A stretch of 64,000 bases of DNA from Eubacteriales bacterium (GCA_045594565.1 JAZNYT010000054.1:734-64733), one strand, 5' to 3'. Positions 18,449 through 26,531 are shown, counted from the stretch's first letter. The notes: generated from the sequence alone by a model not told the origin. Program-made: numbers and translations.

Positions 18449-18467
18449 TTTCTCCCTCCTTTGTATG

Positions 18468-18494
18468 AAGTGTATTAAGTGACCTAGTACACTT
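18468..18494. promoter_or_regulatory. palindromic operator candidate for the YtrA-like repressor
   Basis: AAGTGTATTAAGT-G-ACCTAGTACACTT is an inverted repeat matching at 11 of 13 positions per arm. It sits between the -10 box (18497-18502) and the regulator RBS, and it contains GT...AC cores typical of GntR operators. Confidence 0.5.
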
Positions 18495-18496
18495 GT

Positions 18497-18525
18497 ATAT
18501 TAACACAACAAAAATCATTTGTCAA
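18497..18525 (-). promoter_or_regulatory. sigma-A promoter of the GntR-ABC operon
   Basis: On the minus strand: TTGACA (18525-18520), 17-nt spacer, TAATAT (18502-18497). Confidence 0.6.
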
Positions 18526-18648
18526 TACCCTATTAAAAATTTTTATAAAAGAGTTTTTAGTGGGTCTTAAAGTTGTCATATACATGTCATTGTATGGCAG
18601 TCCGTGTCATGATACAGTAAGGTTGTCAGAAGAAGGGAGGTGATAAAA

Positions 18649-18849
18649 ATGACATTCTTTATTGTAACCGTGACGATGCTTCTGCTGCTTGAGGTCATGG
18701 TTTTTGTGGGGGTAATAAAGCTTGTGTCAGAGCTTTCCGGAAGCTACGAGGAAAGTGACACTCCCAAAGTCCCCCGAGCCGAGGGACAGGACTTCTGGCA
18801 AAACATAATTTCCTACGACCATAAAAAGAAAGGAGGCGATAAGGATTGA
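18649..18849 (+). CDS. small single-pass membrane protein (holin-like or unknown), first gene of the phage-like operon
   Basis: From ORF 18640..18849. ATG 18649 lies 9 nt after GGGAGG. Has an N-terminal TM helix (FFIVTVTMLLLLEVMVFVGVIKLV) and a charged tail. Its stop overlaps the portal start. Confidence 0.5.
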   Translation: MTFFIVTVTMLLLLEVMVFVGVIKLVSELSGSYEESDTPKVPRAEGQDFWQNIISYDHKKKGGDKD

Positions 18850-20423
18850 AAAACAGAAGAAAGGAAGAGATTTCAGAGGATTTTGAGCTTCTTGAAAAGG
18901 GACGTGAATATAACCGTTCGGTAAACTTTTACGACACCGTAAACAAAAATGAACGCTTCTGGCGAGGCGACCAGTGGAACGGAGTTGTAAGCGGAGGGCT
19001 TCCCACCCCTGTGTTTAACATCTTCAAAAGAGTAATCGGCTATTTCGTATCGAATATTATGTCGGCAAAGATTGCTTTGAAGATAGATGCGGAGAGTGCG
19101 GGCGTCATTTACAAAAAAGAAGTGAGAGAGGATCTTGTGAAGGTTTGTGAGCTTATTTCCTCATACCTTAACTACCGCTTTGAAAAGGATAATATGACCT
19201 CACTCCTTTATGACGGAGTGAAGGATGCAACCCTCAGCGGAGATATGTTTCTTTACGTGTACTGGGACAGAAAAAAACGTACTGCTCAGCAGTATACGGG
19301 AGATTTTGCAACGAAGCTTCTTGATGCCACTAACGTTTTCTTCGGTGACGTAAACACGAGCGACGTACAGAGTCAGCCTTATATTCTCATATCGGGCAGA
19401 GGTCTTGTAGAGGAGCTGAGGGAGGAAGCGAGAAGCTACGGAATTCCCGAAAGTGACGTTATGCGTATCGTATCTGACAGCGATACTACCGACGAGGCGG
19501 GAGACAGAGCGAAGAGTGAGCTTCGTGATACGAAGTGTACCTACGTTATAAAGCTTTACCGCAAAAACGGTACCATTCACTACCGCAAGAGCGTAAGAGG
19601 TACTGTTATAACAAGTGAGATAGACACAAAGCTTACCCTTTATCCCTTGGTGCTTATGAACTGGGATAAGACGAAAAACTCCTATCACGGCACTGCCGCC
19701 GCAACGGGACTTATTGAAAATCAGATATACATCAATAAAGCCTTTGCCATGGTAATGAAGCATATGATAAACGTATCCTTCTCAAAGGTAGTGTATAACC
19801 AGAACGTCATTGACGAATGGACAAACGAGGTAGGAGAGGCGATAGGCGTTAACGGTCCTGTTGACAGTGTGGCAGAGGTGCTTTCTCCCGGTGTTATGCA
19901 GTCGGGATTCCTCGATGTCATTAACCTCACCATGTCACTTACCCGTGAGCTTATGGGAGCAACGGATGCGGCTCTCGGTAACGTTGAGCCCACCAACACC
20001 TCGGCAATAATTGCTCTTCAGGAGTCTTCCTCGGTACCTCTTGAAATTCAGAAGAGGGCGCTTTATATGGCTATTGAGGAGCTTGGACTTATATGGATTG
20101 ACTATATTCTCCATTATTATGACAGGCACCGAATGCTTATGTGGCGTGACAAGGGAGAGCTGAGAGGCGATATGATGGAGGTGGAGCGTTACAAGGACGT
20201 AATATTCTCCTGTACGGTATCTGCAGGTATGACGGGATACTGGAGCGAGATAGCAAGTCTTAACACGCTCGAAAATCTTCTTTCATCAGGACTTATTACA
20301 CTTGAGCAGTACCTTGAAAGACTGCCCGAGGGGTACATAACGGCAAAGGAAGCCCTTATCGAGGATTGCAGGAAGGTAAAAGAAAAAGAGGAGGCAGAAA
20401 ATGACGGCAAGACAGGTTTATAA
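18846..20423 (+). CDS. phage portal protein
   Basis: 525 aa with a TTG start 10 nt after AGGAGG. The N-terminal ERFWRGDQWNG resembles the conserved ...QW... motif near the N-terminus of P22-type and other podoviral portals. Size and position at the head of a capsid module fit a portal. Confidence 0.6.
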   Translation: MKNRRKEEISEDFELLEKGREYNRSVNFYDTVNKNERFWRGDQWNGVVSGGLPTPVFNIFKRVIGYFVSNIMSAKIALKIDAESAGVIYKKEVREDLVKVCELISSYLNYRFEKDNMTSLLYDGVKDATLSGDMFLYVYWDRKKRTAQQYTGDFATKLLDATNVFFGDVNTSDVQSQPYILISGRGLVEELREEARSYGIPESDVMRIVSDSDTTDEAGDRAKSELRDTKCTYVIKLYRKNGTIHYRKSVRGTVITSEIDTKLTLYPLVLMNWDKTKNSYHGTAAATGLIENQIYINKAFAMVMKHMINVSFSKVVYNQNVIDEWTNEVGEAIGVNGPVDSVAEVLSPGVMQSGFLDVINLTMSLTRELMGATDAALGNVEPTNTSAIIALQESSSVPLEIQKRALYMAIEELGLIWIDYILHYYDRHRMLMWRDKGELRGDMMEVERYKDVIFSCTVSAGMTGYWSEIASLNTLENLLSSGLITLEQYLERLPEGYITAKEALIEDCRKVKEKEEAENDGKTGL

Positions 20424-20820
20424 CAGAGCGATTGCACTGATAAACGAGCGTAGCAGCGGCGGTGCATACCACGAGGACGTGGAGGATTTCGAAAAGAATG
20501 CGCCTGAGGTAATGAACTCCATTATCACTCTCTTATGGCCAAGTCAGTGCATCATTGAAAAAAAGAAGCTGAAGGCGTTGTCCTGGGACTTTAATCCCAT
20601 CGGCTCGATGGATGACGAGATACCTTTGCATATATCACTTGCATCGGGGCCCTTGCCCTTCGCTCTTGCCTCATTCCTTCTTTTAGAGGAGGATGCACAG
20701 CGCGCTGATTATTTCTATACACTTTTTAAAAAGAGCGAGGAAAGCGTGATGAAAAGCTTTGCTTATGCAACTCACACTAAAATAAGGGATATATATTCAG
20801 GTGATGTAAATGGCGCGTGA
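20401..20820 (+). CDS. hypothetical phage protein (possible head-tail adaptor)
   Basis: 139 aa. ATG lies 6 nt after GAGGAGG. Overlaps the portal gene by 23 nt and the next gene by 11 nt. The function is guessed only from its position between the portal and a large structural protein. Confidence 0.35.
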   Translation: MTARQVYNRAIALINERSSGGAYHEDVEDFEKNAPEVMNSIITLLWPSQCIIEKKKLKALSWDFNPIGSMDDEIPLHISLASGPLPFALASFLLLEEDAQRADYFYTLFKKSEESVMKSFAYATHTKIRDIYSGDVNGA

Positions 20821-22549
20821 TTTCAAGGTACAGATAAACGGATTCCTCGGACTTAACGAAAGCGGACCGAGCGAGGGACGCATAAAATCGGGTGAAAGTC
20901 CCAAAATGAAAAATCTTAAAATTACGCCGTCCTACTCTCTTGCCCTTCGCGAAGGCTATGAGCGCCTTGCGGAATTCGGGGGAGATGGCAGAGGTGTTAC
21001 TGTGTCGGACGGGGTGATTTACGCCGTTTCGGGCAAAACGGTTTTCTCCTTCGATGGTGAAATAAAGGAGGTAGGAGAGCTTGAAAGCGATAGCGGTAGG
21101 GTGTCCTTTCTCCACTTTGGAAAATGTATTTACATCCTTGACGGAGTAAAAATAAAGAAGCTTTCCGAAGGTACACTTTCCGATATTGACCCTTACGTGC
21201 CTCTTATTGCGGTGTCCACCGACGTGAACGGAGGAGGGGTGCCCTTTGAGGATATAAATCTTCTTACTCCGAAAAGACGCCAGTCCTTTACGCTGGACAG
21301 AGACCATACGCGAATAATTCTTGCAGAAAAGAATATCGATTCGGTAATATCTGTAAAGGTACTTGGTGAGGAGCTTCCGAAATCGGCGTACACAGTATAC
21401 CTTGAAGAAGGCGAGATTCAGCTTTCAAGTAACAATCCCTCCACAGAAATAAACGCTTACGAGGTCACTTATTCCAAGGCAATTCCCGAGGAGAATAACC
21501 CTCACAGAATGAGATATGCGGTCCTTTGGGGCGGTGACAACGATACAAGAGTGTTTTTGTGGGGAGATGATGAAAAGCCCGACGTTTACAGATATTCGGG
21601 AGTGCATGACGGCATTTCGGATATGGACTATTTTCCCGAGCTTTCGTTTAATAAAAGCGCGACGGGAAGACCTGTGACCTCTCTTATAAGGCACTATGAC
21701 AGGCTTCTTATATTTACCGACAGGGAGGCTTATTACTCCTATATCGAGAAGAAGAGTGATGCTTCGGGAAATGAGTATCTTTCGTTCCCCGTAAGGACTC
21801 TCTCCTCAGAGGTGGGGTGCGCTTATGCGGGAACTGCGGTGCTTGTGGATAATACACCAATAACTTTTTCGGGTACCTCCCTTTACAGATGGGTGTCTAC
21901 TACCGTAAGAGATGAAAGAAACGCCGAGGAAATAGGCGCAAGAATCAGAAAAGGTCTTATGTTTCTATCGAAGGGACTGTCGGTTTTCGACAGAATGGGA
22001 AGCGGTGAGGTCTACCTCTGGAGAGAGGGAAAAATTTACGTTTATAACTACCGCCTCGACCTTTTCTATTATTATGAGGGCATTGACGCCGCGGCCTTTT
22101 GCGAGGACGGGGAAGGAAATTGCTTCTTTCTCACATCCGGTGGTGATCTTTGCCGTATGACAGAGGAGTCTCGTGACCTGGGACGTCCGGTAAGTTTCGA
22201 ATGGGAGACGGGCTATAGCGAATATGCAGGACTCGATACCAAGAATATACATAGTATTGAGTTCGAGGTAATTCCTAAAAGCTCGGTATCCTTTGACATA
22301 TTTTGGGCATCCGATACTATGACCGGCAAGGGTATTGGTGTTGGTGCCGAATACAAGGTGCTTGACTTTGAGAGTCTTAACTTTTCCCGCTTCAGCTTTA
22401 AGACTGCCATAACCCCTATAAGACTCAGAAAAAGAGTGAAGCTGAAAAGGCAGAAAAGCTTTAAGCTTATTGTGAAAAGCAGCGAAAACAGTCTTGATTT
22501 TCATCTTGTTTCCCTTTGCATCAGGGGAAGAATAACCGATGCAATATAA
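20810..22549 (+). CDS. phage structural protein, beta-rich (possible tail hub/nozzle)
   Basis: 579 aa with no Walker A motif, so it is not a terminase. It has repeated short beta-strand/turn segments suggestive of a propeller. The position after the portal and adaptor-like genes recalls P22 gp4/gp10. Confidence 0.4.
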   Translation: MARDFKVQINGFLGLNESGPSEGRIKSGESPKMKNLKITPSYSLALREGYERLAEFGGDGRGVTVSDGVIYAVSGKTVFSFDGEIKEVGELESDSGRVSFLHFGKCIYILDGVKIKKLSEGTLSDIDPYVPLIAVSTDVNGGGVPFEDINLLTPKRRQSFTLDRDHTRIILAEKNIDSVISVKVLGEELPKSAYTVYLEEGEIQLSSNNPSTEINAYEVTYSKAIPEENNPHRMRYAVLWGGDNDTRVFLWGDDEKPDVYRYSGVHDGISDMDYFPELSFNKSATGRPVTSLIRHYDRLLIFTDREAYYSYIEKKSDASGNEYLSFPVRTLSSEVGCAYAGTAVLVDNTPITFSGTSLYRWVSTTVRDERNAEEIGARIRKGLMFLSKGLSVFDRMGSGEVYLWREGKIYVYNYRLDLFYYYEGIDAAAFCEDGEGNCFFLTSGGDLCRMTEESRDLGRPVSFEWETGYSEYAGLDTKNIHSIEFEVIPKSSVSFDIFWASDTMTGKGIGVGAEYKVLDFESLNFSRFSFKTAITPIRLRKRVKLKRQKSFKLIVKSSENSLDFHLVSLCIRGRITDAI

Positions 22550-22567
22550 AACAGAAAGGAATAAAAA

Positions 22568-22996
22568 ATGAAGAAAAATACAGAAAAGATCCTCCGTGAG
22601 CTTGATGTCGAAAAAGATGGCAACGCTCTCGATATGGAGGAGCTTGAAGCATTCCGTCTCGAAAAGAGAGTCAAGAAGAATCTGGAAGAGGAAATAAAGA
22701 AGCTTTTAGAAATCTTCCCCGACTTTGATACCGAGACGATTCCCGATGAGGTTTTCGATAAGTGCGAGGACGGACGCGGTCTTGCCGCAGAATACGCGCT
22801 TTGGTATCTTACCGAGGAGAAGAGAAAGGGAGAACAGCAGAAAAAGGAAGAAGAGAATGACAAATCTGCTCCTCCTAACGTAAAGGATTCCTCCGAGCCT
22901 CTTTACTTTACACCCGAACAGGTGAGAGCGATGAGCGAGTCGGAGATAAGAAAAAACTATAAAACTATTATGAATTCCATGGAGAAATGGAAGTAA
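22568..22996 (+). CDS. scaffolding-like protein
   Basis: 142 aa, strongly charged and Glu/Lys-rich, predicted helical. Lies immediately upstream of the capsid gene. Confidence 0.5.
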   Translation: MKKNTEKILRELDVEKDGNALDMEELEAFRLEKRVKKNLEEEIKKLLEIFPDFDTETIPDEVFDKCEDGRGLAAEYALWYLTEEKRKGEQQKKEEENDKSAPPNVKDSSEPLYFTPEQVRAMSESEIRKNYKTIMNSMEKWK

Positions 22997-23042
22997 GAAA
23001 ATAAGAAAGGATTGCGGTAAAACCGCAAAAAGGTAAAAAATA

Positions 23043-23864
23043 ATGGCAATTACAAACTTTATTCCCACAGTATGGAGCGAGGCTCTTTACGAGGAGCTTC
23101 AGAAGAACTACGTAGGCGTTAAGCTCTGTTCAAGAGAATTTGAGGGCGATATCAAGACTCAGGGCGACAGAGTAAAAATCAACGGTCTTGGTCCCGTGAC
23201 CGTGTTCAACTACACCAAGAATACAAATATGCCTACCCCCGAGGTGCTTTCCGATAACACAAGAACACTCGTTATCGATCAGGCGAAGGGCTTTAACTTC
23301 TGCATCGACGCTATCGACGACGTGCAGTCATCTCCCAAGCTTGTTCAGGCGGCGATGAAGAGAGCTGCGGAAGCACTCAGCGACGTTGCAGATAAGTATA
23401 TCTACTCTCTTTACGACCCTGAAGTACAGTTCATCGTTGAAGAAAATCTTACCGTTGACAACGTAGTTAAGCTCTTCAGCGATGCAAGACGTATTCTCAT
23501 GGAAAACAACGTGCCCAATTCGGCAAAAATTTCCCTTGAAATTCCCCCTGCGGTAGAGCAGGTGCTCGTTATGGCAAATCTTCTTACCGACACCAACAAC
23601 TCCGAAACACTTTCAAGAGGCTATATCGGTAAGATGCTCGGCTTTGATATCTACGTTACAAATAATATCGAGCGCAACGAATCCGATTTCTTCAGATGCG
23701 TTGCACGTACCGACCGCGCAATCGCATATGCGGAGCAGATAAACTCTATCAAGCCCTATGAGCCTGAACTCAGAAACGGTACTGCTGTAAAGGGTCTTCA
23801 CCTTTACGGTGCAAAGATTGTATATCCTAAGGAAATGGTATTCATCGATATCGGTTCTTGTTAA
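23043..23864 (+). CDS. major capsid protein (HK97-fold, small P22-coat-like type)
   Basis: 273 aa. The N-terminus AITNFIPTVWSEALYEEL...QGDRVKING and the C-terminal ...AVKGLHLYGAKIVYPKEMV resemble the conserved ends of HK97-fold coat proteins. Preceded by a scaffold-like gene and followed by a strong hairpin. Confidence 0.6.
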   Translation: MAITNFIPTVWSEALYEELQKNYVGVKLCSREFEGDIKTQGDRVKINGLGPVTVFNYTKNTNMPTPEVLSDNTRTLVIDQAKGFNFCIDAIDDVQSSPKLVQAAMKRAAEALSDVADKYIYSLYDPEVQFIVEENLTVDNVVKLFSDARRILMENNVPNSAKISLEIPPAVEQVLVMANLLTDTNNSETLSRGYIGKMLGFDIYVTNNIERNESDFFRCVARTDRAIAYAEQINSIKPYEPELRNGTAVKGLHLYGAKIVYPKEMVFIDIGSC

Positions 23865-23873
23865 AAAAGCATA

Positions 23874-23904
23874 TTCCGATACCCCCTTTTTGGGGGTATC
23901 GGAA
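23874..23904 (+). terminator. strong hairpin after the capsid gene (partial terminator or mRNA stabiliser)
   Basis: Perfect 13-bp stem ttccgataccccc/gggggtatcggaa with a ttttt loop. There is no U-tract; the next gene's RBS follows directly. Confidence 0.5.
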
Positions 23905-23923
23905 ATAAAGGAGGATTGAACAT

Positions 23924-24880
23924 ATGAATTTTACAGAGTTTTCCGAAAACGTTAAAAACGTATCGGAACTTCCCGACCGTCCCGATCTTGAAAACGGGTA
24001 TACCTCCGATATGCTCAAAGGGATTTTCGATAAGGCAGGAGAGGATATCAAGAGCTTTATCAACGGTGTTCTTTTGAAGGAGCTTACCTCCGCTGCCGAT
24101 ATCTTCAGCGGTGCCGACAGAATAGGCAGTGGTACAATTGATATTATCGAAGGAAAAACCGTTCAGGAAAAGCTTCAGAGTATTGCGGGGCATATAAAGG
24201 GACTTGCAAACGGAACGCTTCCCGACGGCTCTGTGACTCCCGATAAGTTTTCACCGGAAATAGCAGACTTTCTCACCTCTGCATCTATAAGACGTGAGAT
24301 TTTAACACAGGTAGGTGAAAGTACCTTTGAGGCACCCCGTGACGGCATTTATAAGATAACTATGGTCGGCGGCGGAGCAGGAGGAGGACAGGACCCCGAT
24401 TACGGATACCATTCCTGCGGAGGAGGCTCGGGGGCAGGTGTCATTCTTTGGTGTGAAATGAAAAAGGGAGATATCTGCACCATTCGTATCGGTAAAGGCG
24501 GAAAAGGTTTTGTCTACAGTGACGGGAATATTTCGGTTGCAACCGAGGGAGAGGATACCGAGCTTTATATAAATGATACCCTTCGTGCGAGGGCAAAGGG
24601 AGGAACTCTCGGTCTTAACGTGAGGGCGCTAGGCGAGGGCGGAGACCTGAATTTTTCAGGTGGATTTCCCAAGGTTGGAGACTACTTCAATTCAAGCACA
24701 TCCCCTGCCGTTATATTTTCTATCGGAGGTGACTCCATACTCGGAAACGGTGCCGCCTTCAGAGAAGATTCCGTGGGATACGGCGGAGGAGGCTTTGCCT
24801 CCCGACGCTTCGATTCCCAAAATTACCACAACGGCACAGACGGCGGAAACGGCGCAGCTATTATAGAATATATGAAATAA
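23924..24880 (+). CDS. phage tail fibre / receptor-binding protein with glycine-rich C-terminal domain
   Basis: 318 aa. The N-terminal LPDRPD...YTSDMLKGIFDKAGEDIKSFING is common in Firmicutes prophage fibre proteins. The C-terminal half has GGGAGGG...GGGSGAG...GGGGF glycine-rich beta-domain motifs. Confidence 0.55.
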   Translation: MNFTEFSENVKNVSELPDRPDLENGYTSDMLKGIFDKAGEDIKSFINGVLLKELTSAADIFSGADRIGSGTIDIIEGKTVQEKLQSIAGHIKGLANGTLPDGSVTPDKFSPEIADFLTSASIRREILTQVGESTFEAPRDGIYKITMVGGGAGGGQDPDYGYHSCGGGSGAGVILWCEMKKGDICTIRIGKGGKGFVYSDGNISVATEGEDTELYINDTLRARAKGGTLGLNVRALGEGGDLNFSGGFPKVGDYFNSSTSPAVIFSIGGDSILGNGAAFREDSVGYGGGGFASRRFDSQNYHNGTDGGNGAAIIEYMK

Positions 24881-24892
24881 GAAGGTGAAAAT

Positions 24893-25465
24893 TTGGCAAT
24901 AAAAGAATATTCATACGAAAAAAACGGTAACGACAAGCTCAGTGAGCATTTCAGAGTAAAGGAATTCCGTGCAAGAAGGGGAGGTATCCTCGACGGAGAC
25001 AGAATACTCGTTTCCGACGAGCTTATCATAAAGCTTGAAAAGCTTTCCCGCGCCGTGAAATATAAGCCTGTAGTTGTAACCGACGGCTACAGGACGGAGG
25101 AATACGACAGACTTCTAACGGGAAGGACAGGTCAGCATACCAAAGGACTTGCCGCCGACGTGAGAGTGGAGGGGTATACCTCATATGAGCTTGCGGCTAT
25201 TGCCGAAATGCTGGGCTTTGACGGTATCGGAATTATAAACGGCAGAGCGGTACATCTCGACGTGAGAGGATATAAGAGCTTCTTCGTTGAAAAAAGCGCA
25301 TCTGCAACCGATACCTACAGCGTAAAAACCTTTCTTTGTACAGAAACCTTTATGGCACTTACGAAAAAGCTTTTCGGACTTGGCGACAATACCGTTGAGT
25401 ACATGAGAAAATGGAAGTGGTTCGACCTTCTTTTCGAAAAGCTCGTAAAGGGCGCAGTATACTAA
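24893..25465 (+). CDS. peptidase M15 family (D-alanyl-D-alanine carboxypeptidase-like) cell-wall hydrolase / endolysin
   Basis: 190 aa with a TTG start 6 nt after AAGGTG. SEHFRVKEF..., VTDGYRTEEY and HTKGLAADV match the zinc-ligand His/Asp context of M15A/DUF882-type phage lysins. Confidence 0.65.
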   Translation: MAIKEYSYEKNGNDKLSEHFRVKEFRARRGGILDGDRILVSDELIIKLEKLSRAVKYKPVVVTDGYRTEEYDRLLTGRTGQHTKGLAADVRVEGYTSYELAAIAEMLGFDGIGIINGRAVHLDVRGYKSFFVEKSASATDTYSVKTFLCTETFMALTKKLFGLGDNTVEYMRKWKWFDLLFEKLVKGAVY

Positions 25466-25481
25466 TGAAAGGAGGGATAAA

Positions 25482-26441
25482 ATGGCAAGTACGTTAAAAA
25501 GCCTTTCGAGCTCGGTGCTCAAAAGCTTCGACAATTCTCTCTCAAGGCTCACCGCAAGATATCTTGCAACCATTTCAAATATAGACACATCTCACAATAA
25601 CAGGCTGAAGGAAATTTCGGGAGAGGCGCAGAAAAAGAAAAACTCTGCCGACGCTTCGGCAAAGATTGCTCTTGCAAATACGAAGGCCGGTCTTCTTCAG
25701 AAGGGCCTTTCAAGGTCGGGGGATTCGGTACAGGCGGAGCTTGACAATAATCTTGCAAGAATGTCGGCAATATCCTCCATTGAGGAAGAAGCGGAAAAGT
25801 CTAAAAGGCAGACAGAGGAAAGCAGAAGCGAGGCAAAAAACTCGGCGTTTATCGGTTATCTTAACGACGTGAACGGTCTTGAGAAGGCGAGAAACGAGGC
25901 GTATCGAAATCAGCTTAACCTTGACCGCGACTATGAGGCGGATCGCGATGACGAGATATATGACCGCTTTGCAGATAACCGCGACTACGAGGCGAAGCGT
26001 GATGACGAGATATACGACCGCTTTGCGGACAACCGCGACTACGAGGCGAAGCGTGATGACGAGATATACGACCGTTTTGCGGACAACCGTGACTACGAGG
26101 CGGAGCGTGATGACGAGATATATGACCGCTTTGCAGACAACCGCGACTATGAGGCGGATCGCGATGACGAGATATACGACAGATATAGGGAAAGTCAAAA
26201 GGATGAGGATGGTGATAGCTCAGAGGGAGCAAGCGGAGAGGAAAAGATTGTTCCCAAGTACAGTCCTAAGGTGCTGGTAGACAAGATTTTTTCTAATAAC
26301 AGAACGAAATATTATTCTGATTCCAAAAAGCAGTATTCCGAGACGAAGAAAGCAATAGAGGCTATAATCGAGGATGAAAGTCTGGACTATTCCTATCGCT
26401 ATCAGGTTAAAATATACGCAAAAGCGCTGGGATTTATTTAA
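25482..26441 (+). CDS. phage protein with five 18-aa tandem repeats (possible internal/ejection protein)
   Basis: 319 aa, helical and charged. The central RDYEA(D/K/E)RDDEIYDRFADN unit repeats about 4.8 times. It is the last gene before the operon terminator. Confidence 0.5.
   Translation: MASTLKSLSSSVLKSFDNSLSRLTARYLATISNIDTSHNNRLKEISGEAQKKKNSADASAKIALANTKAGLLQKGLSRSGDSVQAELDNNLARMSAISSIEEEAEKSKRQTEESRSEAKNSAFIGYLNDVNGLEKARNEAYRNQLNLDRDYEADRDDEIYDRFADNRDYEAKRDDEIYDRFADNRDYEAKRDDEIYDRFADNRDYEAERDDEIYDRFADNRDYEADRDDEIYDRYRESQKDEDGDSSEGASGEEKIVPKYSPKVLVDKIFSNNRTKYYSDSKKQYSETKKAIEAIIEDESLDYSYRYQVKIYAKALGFI
25926..26186 (+). repeat. 54-bp in-frame tandem repeat, about 4.8 copies
   Basis: Units start at 25926, 25980, 26034, 26088 and 26142 (cgcgactaYgaggcgRRNcgYgatgacgagatataYgaccgYtttgcRgaNaac). 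The copies differ at a few mostly synonymous positions. Confidence 0.9.
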
Positions 26442-26447
26442 AAATAA

Positions 26448-26478
26448 GGCAAAGGGAATTTCCCTTTGCCGTATTTTT
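26448..26478 (+). terminator. intrinsic terminator closing the phage-like operon
   Basis: 10-11-bp stem ggcaaagggaa/ttccctttgcc followed by gtattttt. Confidence 0.7.
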
Positions 26479-26531
26479 GTATATTTTATCCTTTGGAAGC
26501 CAATACTTTTTTCAGGAAAAGAGGTATAAAA

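Larger units (their letters stand above)
18640..26478 (+). mobile_element. phage-derived structural-gene operon (podovirus-like particle module without packaging, integration or replication genes)
   Basis: Nine co-directional, tightly packed or overlapping ORFs: small TM protein, portal, adaptor-like, 579-aa hub-like, scaffold-like, HK97-type capsid, Gly-rich fibre, M15 peptidase, repeat protein. The module is bounded by the divergent GntR promoter on the left and a strong terminator on the right. Confidence 0.7.

Noticed and set aside
20810-22549. The 579-aa phage-like ORF as the missing terminase large subunit.
   Set aside because: It has no Walker A/P-loop and no nuclease-type acidic motifs. 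The sequence is beta-rich and repetitive, like a structural protein.
22997-23042. A small hairpin (tgcggt-aaa-accgca) between the scaffold-like and capsid genes, considered as a terminator.
   Set aside because: The stem is only 6 bp, there is no U-tract, and the capsid gene must be expressed downstream. At most it is an mRNA processing or stability element, and the support is too weak to call.
25926-26186. Possible CRISPR array, suggested by regularly spaced repeats.
   Set aside because: The units are directly adjacent with no spacers, have a 54-bp period, are in frame within a coding sequence, and no cas genes are present.
25710-26280. Three extra ORFs across the 54-bp repeat: 25710..26198 (-), 25879..26280 (+) and 25915..26232 (-).
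   Set aside because: They arise because a stop-free repeat unit stays open in several frames. Their products are monotonous repeat translations (TRYxTAL..., VVxKAVxYLVITLRL...). They have no RBS and lie wholly inside the better-supported 319-aa gene.
26466-26531. The TTG start at 26466 for the giant glucan-synthase-like ORF.
   Set aside because: That codon lies inside the stem of the upstream operon terminator and has no RBS. ATG 26532 has AGAGG at good spacing.
18449-26531. Attachment-site direct repeats flanking the phage-like block.
   Set aside because: Comparing 18530-18640 with 26442-26531 by eye, I found no shared stretch beyond trivial A/T runs and RBS-like sequence. This was not an exhaustive computation.
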